A stretch of DNA of 64,000 nucleotides, taken from positions 1-64,000 of IMG/VR virus record IMGVR_UViG_3300047471_000466; one strand, 5' to 3'. Positions 29,354 through 38,701 of the stretch are shown here, in pieces; position 1 is the first letter of the stretch; every line of letters starts with the position of its first letter. This stretch comes from a virus. The position numbers and the translations under genes are program-made. The notes below the pieces were generated by a model. The model was given only the letters and a program-made list of their open reading frames with translations, made no database searches and had not been told where the DNA came from.

Positions 29354-30240
29354 CAATCGCGTTGCACACGATGGTTAAAAATGGTAGAGAGAAACTTCCT
29401 GCTCTATTAAAATCCGTTACAGGTTTCTGCGATAAGGCGATCATCCTCGACACGGGCTCCACGGACGGGACGCAGAAGTGGTTGATAGAGCAGGATATTC
29501 TTCCTGCTGAATACGCTTCTTGGCCTTTTGATGACTTCGGCACTTCCCGAACTAAAGGAATGGAATACGCCAAAGGAAAGGCCGATTGGTTGTTACTCCT
29601 CGATGACGATATGCGACTCGTCTTTAACAAACCAAAGGAAGAGATAAAGTCGTCCCTCGATCCCGCGGCTGGCTGCTACATGATTAAACATGAGGCCCCG
29701 GTGTCGTATTGGATTACTCGCCTTGTCCGCGGCGACCAGGATTGGGAATACAAAGGCGTTACGCACGAATATCTCGACCGTTCCTATACCGCCCTGCGCC
29801 TAGACGGCCTTGTAATAGATCACCAGTATAACCACGGACCGGAGAAGTTTGAGCGGGATCTTCGCCTTCTTTCCGCCGATATCGCCCGTGATCCTTATGA
29901 CGCTCGGACGATCTTTTATTTGGCCCAGACGCTGCGCGATATGCGGCACACGTTACCGGCGATCCGGTATTATGAGCTACGAGCAAGAATGGGTGGTTGG
30001 GAAGAAGAAGTGTATTATAGTATGTATGAAGCCGCCCGTCTCGCCGAGGATCCCGCCGCTATGACTCTCGCCTATAATTATCGTCCCTCTCGTGCAGAAG
30101 CGCCACAATGGTTAGCGTGGTATTATGGAAAAAAAGAGGGGGCCAATTGGAAGATAACCGCAGATTATTGGGAGGGTATTCGTAAGAGTACCCCCATGAC
30201 AAAGGACATTTTATTTGTGAATCAAGCAGCGTATGGATAA
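29350..30240 (+). CDS. GT2 glycosyltransferase with TPR-like C-terminus
   Basis: MVKN, DTGSTDGT, F.DFG.SR, LLLDDD, GVTHE, FYLAQTL; likely GTG start at 29350. Confidence 0.85.
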   Translation: MTIALHTMVKNGREKLPALLKSVTGFCDKAIILDTGSTDGTQKWLIEQDILPAEYASWPFDDFGTSRTKGMEYAKGKADWLLLLDDDMRLVFNKPKEEIKSSLDPAAGCYMIKHEAPVSYWITRLVRGDQDWEYKGVTHEYLDRSYTALRLDGLVIDHQYNHGPEKFERDLRLLSADIARDPYDARTIFYLAQTLRDMRHTLPAIRYYELRARMGGWEEEVYYSMYEAARLAEDPAAMTLAYNYRPSRAEAPQWLAWYYGKKEGANWKITADYWEGIRKSTPMTKDILFVNQAAYG

Positions 30241-30630
30241 ACATTACGACGTATATCGAATTAGTACTAATCAAGTAATTACAGATTTTGAATTATTGAA
30301 AGACGCGGAGTTGTGGGTTGCGGAACAGCGCACTCCAAGTGATTATGATATCATACCTGTCGAGGTTCAGGAATGCTCTTCGCCTATGAATTTATTTTTG
30401 AGCCATGGAACTTTAACAAGAAACAAAAAATGAGGTACAAATTAGAAAAATACAAAGCAACTTTGTGGGAGCGTATTTGGAAGACTCTCGAAACTTGGGA
30501 TTGGGCGGATTCAGAATATCAATATCAAATGAAGGAGGTTTCACCTTTGGATCCAGAATACGAGTTCGCTCCTTTTGAATTAGGGAACACATTTTACGAA
30601 GAAAGATTTTCATTAATAATACCAAAATGA
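30233..30630 (+). other. Two small hypothetical genes (30233-30433, about 30430-30630)
   Basis: Coupled ORFs. Confidence 0.55.
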
Positions 30631-30941
30631 AAACATTAAGAGAATATCAAACAGCCGCGTGGCTGACCGCCCTTCCTTCTACGAAGAATGTTAACTATAT
30701 GGCAATGGGGTTGGGTAACGAAGCAGGAGAAGTGTTAGGTAAGGTTAAAAAAATTATTAGAGGCGATTCGAGTTGGAGTACTCAGGACATATCAAAAGAA
30801 ATCGGCGATGTATTGTGGTATTGTGCGGGATTAGCTAGTGTGTTGAATCTTACATTAGAAGGAATCGCCCGAGAAAATATTAACAAATTAAGCGACAGAA
30901 AAGAAAGAGGAGTGATACAAGGTAATGGCGATACTCGATGA
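30627..30941 (+). CDS. mazG: MazG-like NTP pyrophosphohydrolase
   Basis: GL.NEAGEV..KVKK, KEIGDVLWY, N..KL..R. Confidence 0.9.
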   Translation: MKTLREYQTAAWLTALPSTKNVNYMAMGLGNEAGEVLGKVKKIIRGDSSWSTQDISKEIGDVLWYCAGLASVLNLTLEGIARENINKLSDRKERGVIQGNGDTR

Positions 30942-32829
30942 AGATTTTCTCAAACCCTACAAAAAGAAAAAAGTTGACTGGGGGTTCAATGGTCTCGGCT
31001 ATGTGGTCTATAAACGAACCTATTCCCGCCTCAAATCCGACGGATCCTCCGAGGAATGGGCTGACACTTTACGACGTTGTGTTGAGGGAGCGCAAGAGAT
31101 CGGTGCTGGATATACTAAGAAGGAAGCCCAAACGTTATACGATCACTTGTTTAACTTGCGGTGCAGTTTTGCTGGACGAATGCTTTGGCAGCTTGGAACG
31201 GATACAATTCATAAGATTGGAGCCTCATCGTTGCTTAACTGCTGGTTTGTCGCCATTAGAGAGCCTAAAGATTTCTGCTTCTTGTTCGACCAACTCATGC
31301 TCGGAGGCGGAGTCGGATTCTCTGTAAGACGGGAAGATATTTATGATTTGCCTAGAGTTAAAACCGGAGTTTGCATCAAGCATGAAAGAACAGCAGATGC
31401 TGACTTCATCGTCCCGGACAGTCGGGAAGGATGGGTCAGTTTGTTGCGAACGATATTGGATTCGTTTTTCGTCACTGGAAAGTCCTTTACGTTTTCGACA
31501 TTGCTTATTAGATCCAAAGGCACCCCTATTAAAGGTTTTGGAGGATTTGCTTCAGGACCCGCGGTGCTGATTGAAGGACTGGAAAAAATATGCAAGGTTC
31601 TTAAAGAGCGTGAAAACAAAAAAATTAGATCAGTGGATGCTCTGGACATTGCTAACATCATCGGCTCCGTGGTGGTTGCAGGGAACGTACGGAGGTCCGC
31701 CGAAATCGCCTTGGGGGATCCTGATGATGTTCTTTTTCTTCGCGCTAAACGTTGGGATCTTGGTAATATCCCTACGTGGCGGGCGATGAGTAACAATTCA
31801 ATTTATGCAGACAACTATAACCACATCATGGAACACGTATGGGACGGGTACTCTGGTAACGGGGAGCCCTACGGATTCTTTAACCTTCCTCTCGCACGGC
31901 GCGTGGGAAGGCTTGGAGAAGATGTTCGGGACAACTGTGAAGGACTCAATCCCTGTGGAGAACAAGCACTGGCGAGTTATGAGTGCTGTAATCTCTCCGA
32001 ATTGTATCTTAACCGAATTGAAACCGAGGAACAATTAATTGAGTGCGCTTCGCTCTTATACAAAACACAGAAAGCGGTCGCAGCGGCATCCTATCACTAT
32101 CCGGAAACTAACAGTGTCGTCCACAAAAACATGCGAATCGGATTGGGAATCACGGGGATTTGTCAAAGCAACAATAAGCTTGACTGGTTATCCAAGTGCT
32201 ATAAAGCCTTACGAAAGTTGGATAAGGAATGGAGCAAAGAGCGAGAATGGAATACGTCGATTAAGCTCACAACGGTTAAACCCTCGGGCACACTATCTCT
32301 GCTTGCCGGTTCAACGCCGGGCGTTCACCCTGCTTATGCTCCTTATTATACTCGTCGTATCCGCCTTTCGACGGACGATAAACTTTGTAATGAGCTTCGT
32401 TCGTTAGGCTACGAACTTGAATACCAAAAGAACCAAGACGGATCTGTGGATCACGCTACTACTGTTGTTGAGTTTCCTTGCACTGCTGGCGATAGCCTCG
32501 TGGCTAAGGATATGACCGCGGTGAAGCAACTAGAGTTAGTAAAGAAAATCCAGACGTTATGGTCAGACTCCGCCGTAAGCGCCACCGTGTATTACAAGAA
32601 AGAAGAACTAACCCCAATACGAGAGTGGCTTAAAGAGAACTACACCAATGGCGTTAAGTCCATTAGTTTCCTGCTTCATGAAGGTCATAACTTTGTTCAA
32701 GCGCCGTATGAAGAAATAACAAAAGAACAATACGAAGAACGAATTAAAAAATTGAAACCAATACAAAACATAACAACCGGTGATGCAATCGTTGCCGAGT
32801 GCGATCAAGGTGTATGCCCGGTACGTTAA
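30925..32829 (+). CDS. nrdJ: Class II (AdoCbl-dependent) ribonucleotide reductase
   Basis: YKRTYSR, LLNC, GNVRRSA, NPCGE..L....CCNL, TTVKPSGTLSLL, C-terminal CDQGVCP. Confidence 0.93.
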   Translation: MAILDEDFLKPYKKKKVDWGFNGLGYVVYKRTYSRLKSDGSSEEWADTLRRCVEGAQEIGAGYTKKEAQTLYDHLFNLRCSFAGRMLWQLGTDTIHKIGASSLLNCWFVAIREPKDFCFLFDQLMLGGGVGFSVRREDIYDLPRVKTGVCIKHERTADADFIVPDSREGWVSLLRTILDSFFVTGKSFTFSTLLIRSKGTPIKGFGGFASGPAVLIEGLEKICKVLKERENKKIRSVDALDIANIIGSVVVAGNVRRSAEIALGDPDDVLFLRAKRWDLGNIPTWRAMSNNSIYADNYNHIMEHVWDGYSGNGEPYGFFNLPLARRVGRLGEDVRDNCEGLNPCGEQALASYECCNLSELYLNRIETEEQLIECASLLYKTQKAVAAASYHYPETNSVVHKNMRIGLGITGICQSNNKLDWLSKCYKALRKLDKEWSKEREWNTSIKLTTVKPSGTLSLLAGSTPGVHPAYAPYYTRRIRLSTDDKLCNELRSLGYELEYQKNQDGSVDHATTVVEFPCTAGDSLVAKDMTAVKQLELVKKIQTLWSDSAVSATVYYKKEELTPIREWLKENYTNGVKSISFLLHEGHNFVQAPYEEITKEQYEERIKKLKPIQNITTGDAIVAECDQGVCPVR

Positions 32830-32981
32830 CCTCTGCTGTGTTAGATGAAGTTCATGAAGAGCTTAAAAAACATTCGATTCCGCTATCCTACGATGAAGAA
32901 GGCCGACCGTGCTATACTATTCAGTTTGAAGGAACTGAAGAAGAATACAAAATCTTGAAGCAGAAACTTTCTGAACTATGA
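32799..32981 (+). CDS. Small hypothetical protein
   Basis: Coupled ORF between nrdJ and the next gene. Confidence 0.5.
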   Translation: MRSRCMPGTLTSAVLDEVHEELKKHSIPLSYDEEGRPCYTIQFEGTEEEYKILKQKLSEL

Positions 32982-33637
32982 GATCCTATTTACTTTGGGT
33001 ATCCGCCAATCAAGGCAGGATGACCCCGCTGTTACATTCCGCTGATCGCCTTTATGATATCGCCATTCATGATTATGGTGACTGGACGGAAGAAGACGTT
33101 AGAAAGAATTGCGAAGCTGAGTACTGGCTTCCTTTTCCACGAAGAGAGAAGTTTGAAGTCGCCGCAACGATGGTGAACGTTCTTCCTTCCTATCGATACT
33201 ACGCATTTCTTGACGACGATCTCACTGTTGACGCGGTCATTCTTAACCGGCTTTTTCTTGTCGGCGATTCTCTAAATTTGGATCTTTATCAACCGGCGCT
33301 GACGAAAGAAAGTTTTTCCAGCCACCAACATCTGTATCAAAATAATTACGGCGGACCCATTCGTCGTGCCCCATTTGTTGAGATTATGTGCCCGTTCATG
33401 AGCCGGAAGATGGTTGAGCAAGCTGCTCCTACCTTCGATCTTAACCAATCGGCGTGGGGGCTGGACATACATATTTGGCCGAAGTTGGCTGTGGATTGCT
33501 ATGTTGTAGACGCCCTCCCAGTCGCCCACATGCGACCTCCAGCAAGGCGGGACAGGGTACAACGAAACGGATTAACCCCTCATCAGGAATATGAGATAAT
33601 CAGAAAGATGAATTATGATGGAAACAGACCTTGGTAA
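32978..33637 (+). CDS. DUF707-like GT-A glycosyltransferase
   Basis: Y.YYAFLDDDL, QPAL, FVEIMCP, WGLD. Confidence 0.75.
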   Translation: MRSYLLWVSANQGRMTPLLHSADRLYDIAIHDYGDWTEEDVRKNCEAEYWLPFPRREKFEVAATMVNVLPSYRYYAFLDDDLTVDAVILNRLFLVGDSLNLDLYQPALTKESFSSHQHLYQNNYGGPIRRAPFVEIMCPFMSRKMVEQAAPTFDLNQSAWGLDIHIWPKLAVDCYVVDALPVAHMRPPARRDRVQRNGLTPHQEYEIIRKMNYDGNRPW

Positions 33638-34448
33638 AGCAGTCGTTGTTGTCGCCTGGCATAACGAAGAACAACTAGCAGCGTTTAAACGAGAGTGGTA
33701 TATCAAGCAGGACGACCCTGTGATATTCCAGCAGGACAAACATAAGGAAGGCTGCGCCGTCACTAAGAACAAAGGAATAAAGAAAGCCTTTGATTCCGGA
33801 GCCGAAGTCATTTGTGTTTTGGATGACGACTGCTTTCCTGATTCTAGCAATCTTCTTTGGCCGGGCAACATTCGCTATTTCATCCAGCAACACGTTGAAG
33901 CCTTGCGGCCTCAAGCCGTGCAGCGGGTAATCTCTACGACCATACCCAATTCCCGTGGGACTCCTTATCGCCATACAAGCATGAAGATGCCGGTCGCTGC
34001 CTCCATGGGGTTCTGGTCGGGCTATCCGGACTTCGACGCTATCGCAGCCTTGCAGCTAGGAGAAACTGCGAAAGTGAAATTCAACCAACAAGCGATCTTT
34101 GGATCCTTCTTTCCATTGTGCGGAATGAACTTCGCCTTTAGGCGGGGTTGGGTGGATTGCGCTTTGCAGGTTGAGGGATGCAACCGGTGGGAGGATATTT
34201 TCGGAGGTTGGGTTTTTCAGAAGATCGCGTATGAACAGGGTTGTTGTTTTAACTTGAACGGTCCCGTAGTTCGCCATTCCCGGCAATCCAACGTCTGGCA
34301 TAACCTGAGAGAGGAAGCTAAGTATATCGAACAGAACGAAACGCTTTGGGAAATTATCGCTAAAGCTCCTTATGGGTTGTCTGCTAATTCGTTGCGAAAA
34401 CTTTATATTGAACCTATGTTGAAAAAAGGAGGTGATAAGAATGGCTGA
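33615..34448 (+). CDS. GT75/RGP-like (UDP-arabinopyranose mutase-like) protein
   Basis: LDDDC.P, RG.PY, G.W...PDFDA, P.CGMN.AF, R..DI..GW, HSR.SN...NL..E match the reversibly glycosylated polypeptide motifs. Confidence 0.8.
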   Translation: MMETDLGKAVVVVAWHNEEQLAAFKREWYIKQDDPVIFQQDKHKEGCAVTKNKGIKKAFDSGAEVICVLDDDCFPDSSNLLWPGNIRYFIQQHVEALRPQAVQRVISTTIPNSRGTPYRHTSMKMPVAASMGFWSGYPDFDAIAALQLGETAKVKFNQQAIFGSFFPLCGMNFAFRRGWVDCALQVEGCNRWEDIFGGWVFQKIAYEQGCCFNLNGPVVRHSRQSNVWHNLREEAKYIEQNETLWEIIAKAPYGLSANSLRKLYIEPMLKKGGDKNG

Positions 34449-34587
34449 GAAAAAAGATAAGAAATGGATCCAGAAAGCGGTGAATCCTGATCATAAAGGA
34501 TACTGCACCCCTATGAGTAAAGCTACTTGTACGCCGCGGCGAAAAGCTCTGGCGAGGACGTTTAAGAAGATGGCGAAGGACCGTTAG
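34441..34587 (+). CDS. Small basic hypothetical protein
   Basis: MAEKKDKKWIQKAV...ALARTFKKM. Confidence 0.6.
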   Translation: MAEKKDKKWIQKAVNPDHKGYCTPMSKATCTPRRKALARTFKKMAKDR

Positions 34588-34590
34588 AGT

Positions 34591-35154
34591 TTAGATATCT
34601 TCCAACGTGTAGATAGTTTTAACTTTAAGTGTGTTCGCGGGGTTGCCCCCAGTCCAAGAAGTCGGATTGGAAGAAAAGGTTAGTAACTGTAGCGGTTGGT
34701 TGTTGTATATTGAAGCCACCCCTGGCTGTTCCGTTACCCCATAGCCGTGGGTAGAGAAAGCTTGTATCCACGGCCTGAGAACAAGAAGATTAGAAGTGCC
34801 GAACGTGTTACCAAAAAAATCAGTTAGATTTGTTACGCTTTCGGCGGCGAGATCGTAGCAAGCGGTGGAGGTAGTGGTATAAATATCGTCGCCATCAACC
34901 CATCCACTATACGCTCCTCCTTCAAAATGACTGGTCAGTATTACTTGAAGAATAGAAATCCATTTGTTTAGCCCGGGAGCCGCGATAAGATTTACGGGAG
35001 TACTCGGTAGCGTTTTGATTTGTGCGTCTGTTAGTATCGTGGTGGAGGTCAGTATACCAGAACTATCGTTTCCGCCGTCTTCTACTACTTCTAAAACCGG
35101 AAGCGTTTCTCCATTAACAACAACAAAAGCGGTACCAGGTAAATGAGCAGCCAT
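34591..35154 (-). CDS. Beta-rich putative virion accessory protein with shared N-terminal module
   Basis: Likely start MAAHLPGTAF at 35154; Thr/Gly-rich. Confidence 0.6.
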   Translation of the reverse strand: MAAHLPGTAFVVVNGETLPVLEVVEDGGNDSSGILTSTTILTDAQIKTLPSTPVNLIAAPGLNKWISILQVILTSHFEGGAYSGWVDGDDIYTTTSTACYDLAAESVTNLTDFFGNTFGTSNLLVLRPWIQAFSTHGYGVTEQPGVASIYNNQPLQLLTFSSNPTSWTGGNPANTLKVKTIYTLEDI

Positions 35155-35200
35155 ACGAAAGAATACTAGATCTTTATGATTTGACAAGGCGCGGACTTTT
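35069..35200. repeat. Diverged direct repeat, copy 1 (promoter plus first 28 codons)
   Basis: Matches 36841-36971, e.g. TTCCGCCGTCTTCTACTACTTCTAAAA and TCTTTATGATTTGACAAGGCGCG. Confidence 0.9.
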
Positions 35201-35220
35201 AAAAAATTGGCGAAGAGTCG

Positions 35221-35985
35221 CTAGGAAAAACAACGTCCTAAAAACGAAATGAAATCGTCTCCCAGCGCCGCTGTGAAATTCGATGGGTCGCCATGATCTC
35301 CTGTCGTTAATATGCAGGTTGCTTCAGTCGCATGTCCCGTTGCCAGAGTTACTAAAGCTTGTCCGTGCTGATTCACTGGAACTGTTGCGTCGGCTAATGA
35401 ACCCATGCAGCGTAATCTGAGACCATTAAATGCGGAAGCTGCGAACTGCATCGGATCGCGGCCTGTTGTGCCTGTGGGGTAACTTGGAAACGCGATGTTT
35501 ATTGAAGCAGTCAGATTGGCGTTCCCGTGCGCCACAGAAAGATCACATACCGGAAAGATACCGTGCCAGCCCTTAACAGTTACGCCTGGAAATCCTTGGG
35601 TCGCCTTCATTAGGCCCAGCGGTCCACCTGCACTTCCGCCCGTCAGTACAACTTCAGTAACCCCGTAATTCGCCACGAGATACGCCACAAGATTTTCACA
35701 AGCGGTCTGCGCGGTCGGGTTATCCCATTGATTGGGTCCCCCCATCATACAGGCCGCATTCAAGTATCTATTCTCTATAGCTTTCGACCAGTAGTAGTGA
35801 TTGAGAGTGGGAATTGTAAGACTGAATTCATTCATGTTACTGACGAACTGCCCCAAACCGTGGCACCATACCAGAGCCGTACCAGCGATGCGGTTTGTAG
35901 GAACCATGATCCTGGCCAAGTCTCCTGAAATTGTGGTATCAACTATTGAGTAGCTACCAGTTATAGAGCCGCCCGACGATTTCAT
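35221..35985 (-). CDS. Alpha/beta-hydrolase (esterase-like)
   Basis: HGLG oxyanion motif, GGSAGG nucleophile elbow, D.TVP, C-terminal H. Confidence 0.8.
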   Translation of the reverse strand: MKSSGGSITGSYSIVDTTISGDLARIMVPTNRIAGTALVWCHGLGQFVSNMNEFSLTIPTLNHYYWSKAIENRYLNAACMMGGPNQWDNPTAQTACENLVAYLVANYGVTEVVLTGGSAGGPLGLMKATQGFPGVTVKGWHGIFPVCDLSVAHGNANLTASINIAFPSYPTGTTGRDPMQFAASAFNGLRLRCMGSLADATVPVNQHGQALVTLATGHATEATCILTTGDHGDPSNFTAALGDDFISFLGRCFS

Positions 35986-35986
35986 T

Positions 35987-36925
35987 TTAGTTGTTTATGA
36001 ACGCGAACAATCCTGAATTTCCAGAGCCACCCAAAAAGGATCCGCCCAAAAAGTTTACTCCGGAATCGCCCCATTCATTCCAACTTATGTAATGATACCC
36101 CAATCCGGGGGTTCCTTTATAATTGGCGGTTAATGGTATAATTGAAGTAGCTGCTGCGCTCATAATAGCCATGATTCCTGAAAAAGAGGTAGTTGTGTCT
36201 ATTCCTATACCTGACCCAACTGAGCCTGCAGATACCACGCTAGTCATTAGTGTGGCTTCGACCATGTCGGTAGCATATCCTGTTACATATTCAACCTTGT
36301 TACCAGAAATTCCGTGAGCCTGTCGAATCGCACTTAGTTCATAGGCCCAACTTGCGGCGGTATCAATGACTCCTAAAGCACGAGTTACTTGGTTATAGGC
36401 GTTCCCAACAAATCGTTTCCCTCCCACATTAGTAACTGTTCCTCCTTCGCTATCTTCTGTGACATTAGTCCCACTCGCACGAACCCACCCAATCCATAAT
36501 TTTGTATGGTCGCTGGCAAGAACAGTAACACCATCCTGTGTTCCTAAAGCATCTGCGCGGGTTGTGTCGTTCGTCCACGCCGATGATAGGCTTAACGCTG
36601 TTGCGGCGGAGTTAACAAAAACGTCATAGTTTTTTCCACTTGTGATCGTAAGCGAAAGCGAGATTTCCGAAAATGTCTTAGCCTGCCAAGCCGTTCCATT
36701 CCAAGTGTTAACATTGTTGTGGATGAAGGGCGTGTAATAAAGAGTTCCTTGATTCGTTCGATCAACTGTTGAGATAGCAACACCTGATTCCGTTGTTAAC
36801 CTACCTCCCGGAATATTGAAAACAACGTTAGCGGTTCCGCTTCCGCCGTCTTCTACTACTTCTAAAAATGGGAGGGTTTGCCCGTTTACAACAACAAATG
36901 CAGTTCCCGGTAAGTTAGCGGCCAT
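35987..36925 (-). CDS. Tail fibre or receptor-binding-like protein with shared N-terminal module
   Basis: Likely start MAANLPGTAF at 36925; GGRLT..SG...TLYYTP, NYDVF, NAYNQV; Thr/Ser/Gly-rich. Confidence 0.6.
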   Translation of the reverse strand: MAANLPGTAFVVVNGQTLPFLEVVEDGGSGTANVVFNIPGGRLTTESGVAISTVDRTNQGTLYYTPFIHNNVNTWNGTAWQAKTFSEISLSLTITSGKNYDVFVNSAATALSLSSAWTNDTTRADALGTQDGVTVLASDHTKLWIGWVRASGTNVTEDSEGGTVTNVGGKRFVGNAYNQVTRALGVIDTAASWAYELSAIRQAHGISGNKVEYVTGYATDMVEATLMTSVVSAGSVGSGIGIDTTTSFSGIMAIMSAAATSIIPLTANYKGTPGLGYHYISWNEWGDSGVNFLGGSFLGGSGNSGLFAFINN

Positions 36926-36971
36926 GAGACATAATACTAAGTCTTTATGATTTGACAAGGCGCGAACTTTT
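36841..36971. repeat. Diverged direct repeat, copy 2
   Basis: Matches 35069-35200. Confidence 0.9.
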
Positions 36972-36986
36972 GTTTTAGATTTTGGT

Positions 36987-37289
36987 ATGAAGAAAATCAT
37001 ACTAGCGGTATTTGCCGCACTGTTAATGGGAAGTGCCATCGCCAAGTCTGATGTTGTTATCGGATACGATGGTGACTGTCAGGTGTACTTCAGACCCGAC
37101 TACGGATACTTCGAGGTCTGTGAACAACAGGCTCCCGTCTTTTTAGGCGCGGAGTTCGACGTTCATACGTTTCGCCGAGGATTCCGGGAAGGACCTAACT
37201 TCCACGAACACTTCGGTCGGCACTGGTCTGGGCCCCAGACTAGATATGAAACCAGGGAAACCATTACCGAACATCGCAGGGGCCGGTAA
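36987..37289 (+). CDS. Secreted hypothetical protein
   Basis: Sec signal MKKIILAVFAALLMGSAIA; preceded by TTGACA-N18-TAGATT-N5-ATG. Confidence 0.65.
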   Translation: MKKIILAVFAALLMGSAIAKSDVVIGYDGDCQVYFRPDYGYFEVCEQQAPVFLGAEFDVHTFRRGFREGPNFHEHFGRHWSGPQTRYETRETITEHRRGR

Positions 37290-37341
37290 ATAACCTAATG
37301 CGCGTAGTTGACATATTTGTCGATTACGCGCATTTTCTCAT

Positions 37342-37509
37342 ATGAATCTAATACCACTAATTCTACAAATCATCGCGCTGATCCTGTTGTTCATGGCTTC
37401 GATAGGAAAGAGTAATATCTTTTCTGGTAAGATGCAGACATTCCCGTTAGGGATGTTCTTCTGGTTGGCGAGTCTGATGGTTACCCTTGGAATCCACGAA
37501 GCGCACTAA
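37342..37509 (+). CDS. Small two-TM membrane protein (55 aa)
   Basis: MNLIPLILQIIALILLFMASI...; TAATG coupling to the next gene. Confidence 0.6.
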   Translation: MNLIPLILQIIALILLFMASIGKSNIFSGKMQTFPLGMFFWLASLMVTLGIHEAH

Positions 37510-37700
37510 TGCCCGCTAAATCTGTAGCCCAGCGTCGTCTCATGGCCGCTGCTGAACATGGGGCCAGCTTTCCCATGGCCAAGCAGATTAGGAAATCCAT
37601 GACTCATAAGCAGATGCACGATTTCGCCTCAACCCCAGAACAAGGGTTACCTAGAAAAAAGAAGAAACGCGGCCCGCTCTCGGATTACGAAATGCCGTGA
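37509..37700 (+). CDS. DUF3008-like small basic protein
   Basis: MPAKS.AQ....AAA...SM...Q..DFAST...GLP. Confidence 0.7.
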   Translation: MPAKSVAQRRLMAAAEHGASFPMAKQIRKSMTHKQMHDFASTPEQGLPRKKKKRGPLSDYEMP

Positions 37701-38701
37701 GCTAGGAAGTGTTTCCAAAAAGGAAATCCTCGCTCGTTGTGTTTGTTTAAAGCCCTCTCGCCTCTGTGGCCTTGATTCTCCAGCAATAGTCTAATTCCTA
37801 CTTCTGCCACTTCGACCACATTGTCGGGTTCTGCCTTCCATTGCTCGGGGGCCCATCGTATAACCGGAGATACGACAGAAGGAACGCCTACTGAAATCCC
37901 GTCTGCAGTAATCATATTAAAAGATTCAGTGTAGGAGAGTTGGAGTAAGAGATCCATTTTGCCAATAAGTTTTATGAATCGATCCCAGCTATCCCAATCA
38001 TGTTTGATTAGTTCAACTGAGGGCAATCCTTCCACCATTTCTTCTATGGCGGGCAGAGTTGTAGATTTACAGCCGTCGCCTCCGGTAGACATATGGAGTC
38101 TTAGCGGAACGTTTAACTGATTCTGTATCACCAGTGCTGCCGCAGCCGCGGTCATAAAATTTTTCTCAGGCCTGATCGCGCCGAAAGCCCCGATATTCAG
38201 AACGTCCGAATTCCATCGTTTTCCGTGGATGTGGCCGATAGGATACAGGTTTGGCAGTAAAACACAGTTCTCGTTGTAGACAGCCCGGAACCAATGAACA
38301 AACGAGTAGTTGTTTCCACCTACCATAAAGTTATCCACGGTCTCAGAGAATTCTGCATATAGGCGAAATAGCTTAATCGCGTTTGGATCCGCCTGTAGGA
38401 AGCCGATGTTCGAATGGGACAGAACCGCGAACTTAGTATGATGAAAGTGCCTGATAAGGCTTTTAAGATCGTGGAGAGTTAACCAGGGAGCGGAGATTAC
38501 TACGTGGGTAAAAGGACGTAGTTGATGTCTCGCCTTATCCAGGATTTTTACCACATCCACATTATGTCTTACGGCAAAAGCTTCCGCGTCTATTCCTTTC
38601 CCCCGCAGGTATTTCGCCGTGGTGTACCCGGCTACGTTTAATCCTACACAACTAGATCGAACCCAGTGAGCGAAGTCTTTGAAGAATATGGCAAGTCTCA
38701 T
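37685..38701 (-). CDS. GT-B (GT4-like) glycosyltransferase
   Basis: GAIRPEKN, D...QLSYTESFNMITAD....GVPSVVS. Confidence 0.75.
   Translation of the reverse strand: MRLAIFFKDFAHWVRSSCVGLNVAGYTTAKYLRGKGIDAEAFAVRHNVDVVKILDKARHQLRPFTHVVISAPWLTLHDLKSLIRHFHHTKFAVLSHSNIGFLQADPNAIKLFRLYAEFSETVDNFMVGGNNYSFVHWFRAVYNENCVLLPNLYPIGHIHGKRWNSDVLNIGAFGAIRPEKNFMTAAAAALVIQNQLNVPLRLHMSTGGDGCKSTTLPAIEEMVEGLPSVELIKHDWDSWDRFIKLIGKMDLLLQLSYTESFNMITADGISVGVPSVVSPVIRWAPEQWKAEPDNVVEVAEVGIRLLLENQGHRGERALNKHNERGFPFWKHFLAHGIS

Noticed and set aside
9762-32829. Inteins or introns in terL, helicase, polymerase or nrdJ
   Set aside because: All are continuous, of normal length, with motifs in the expected order
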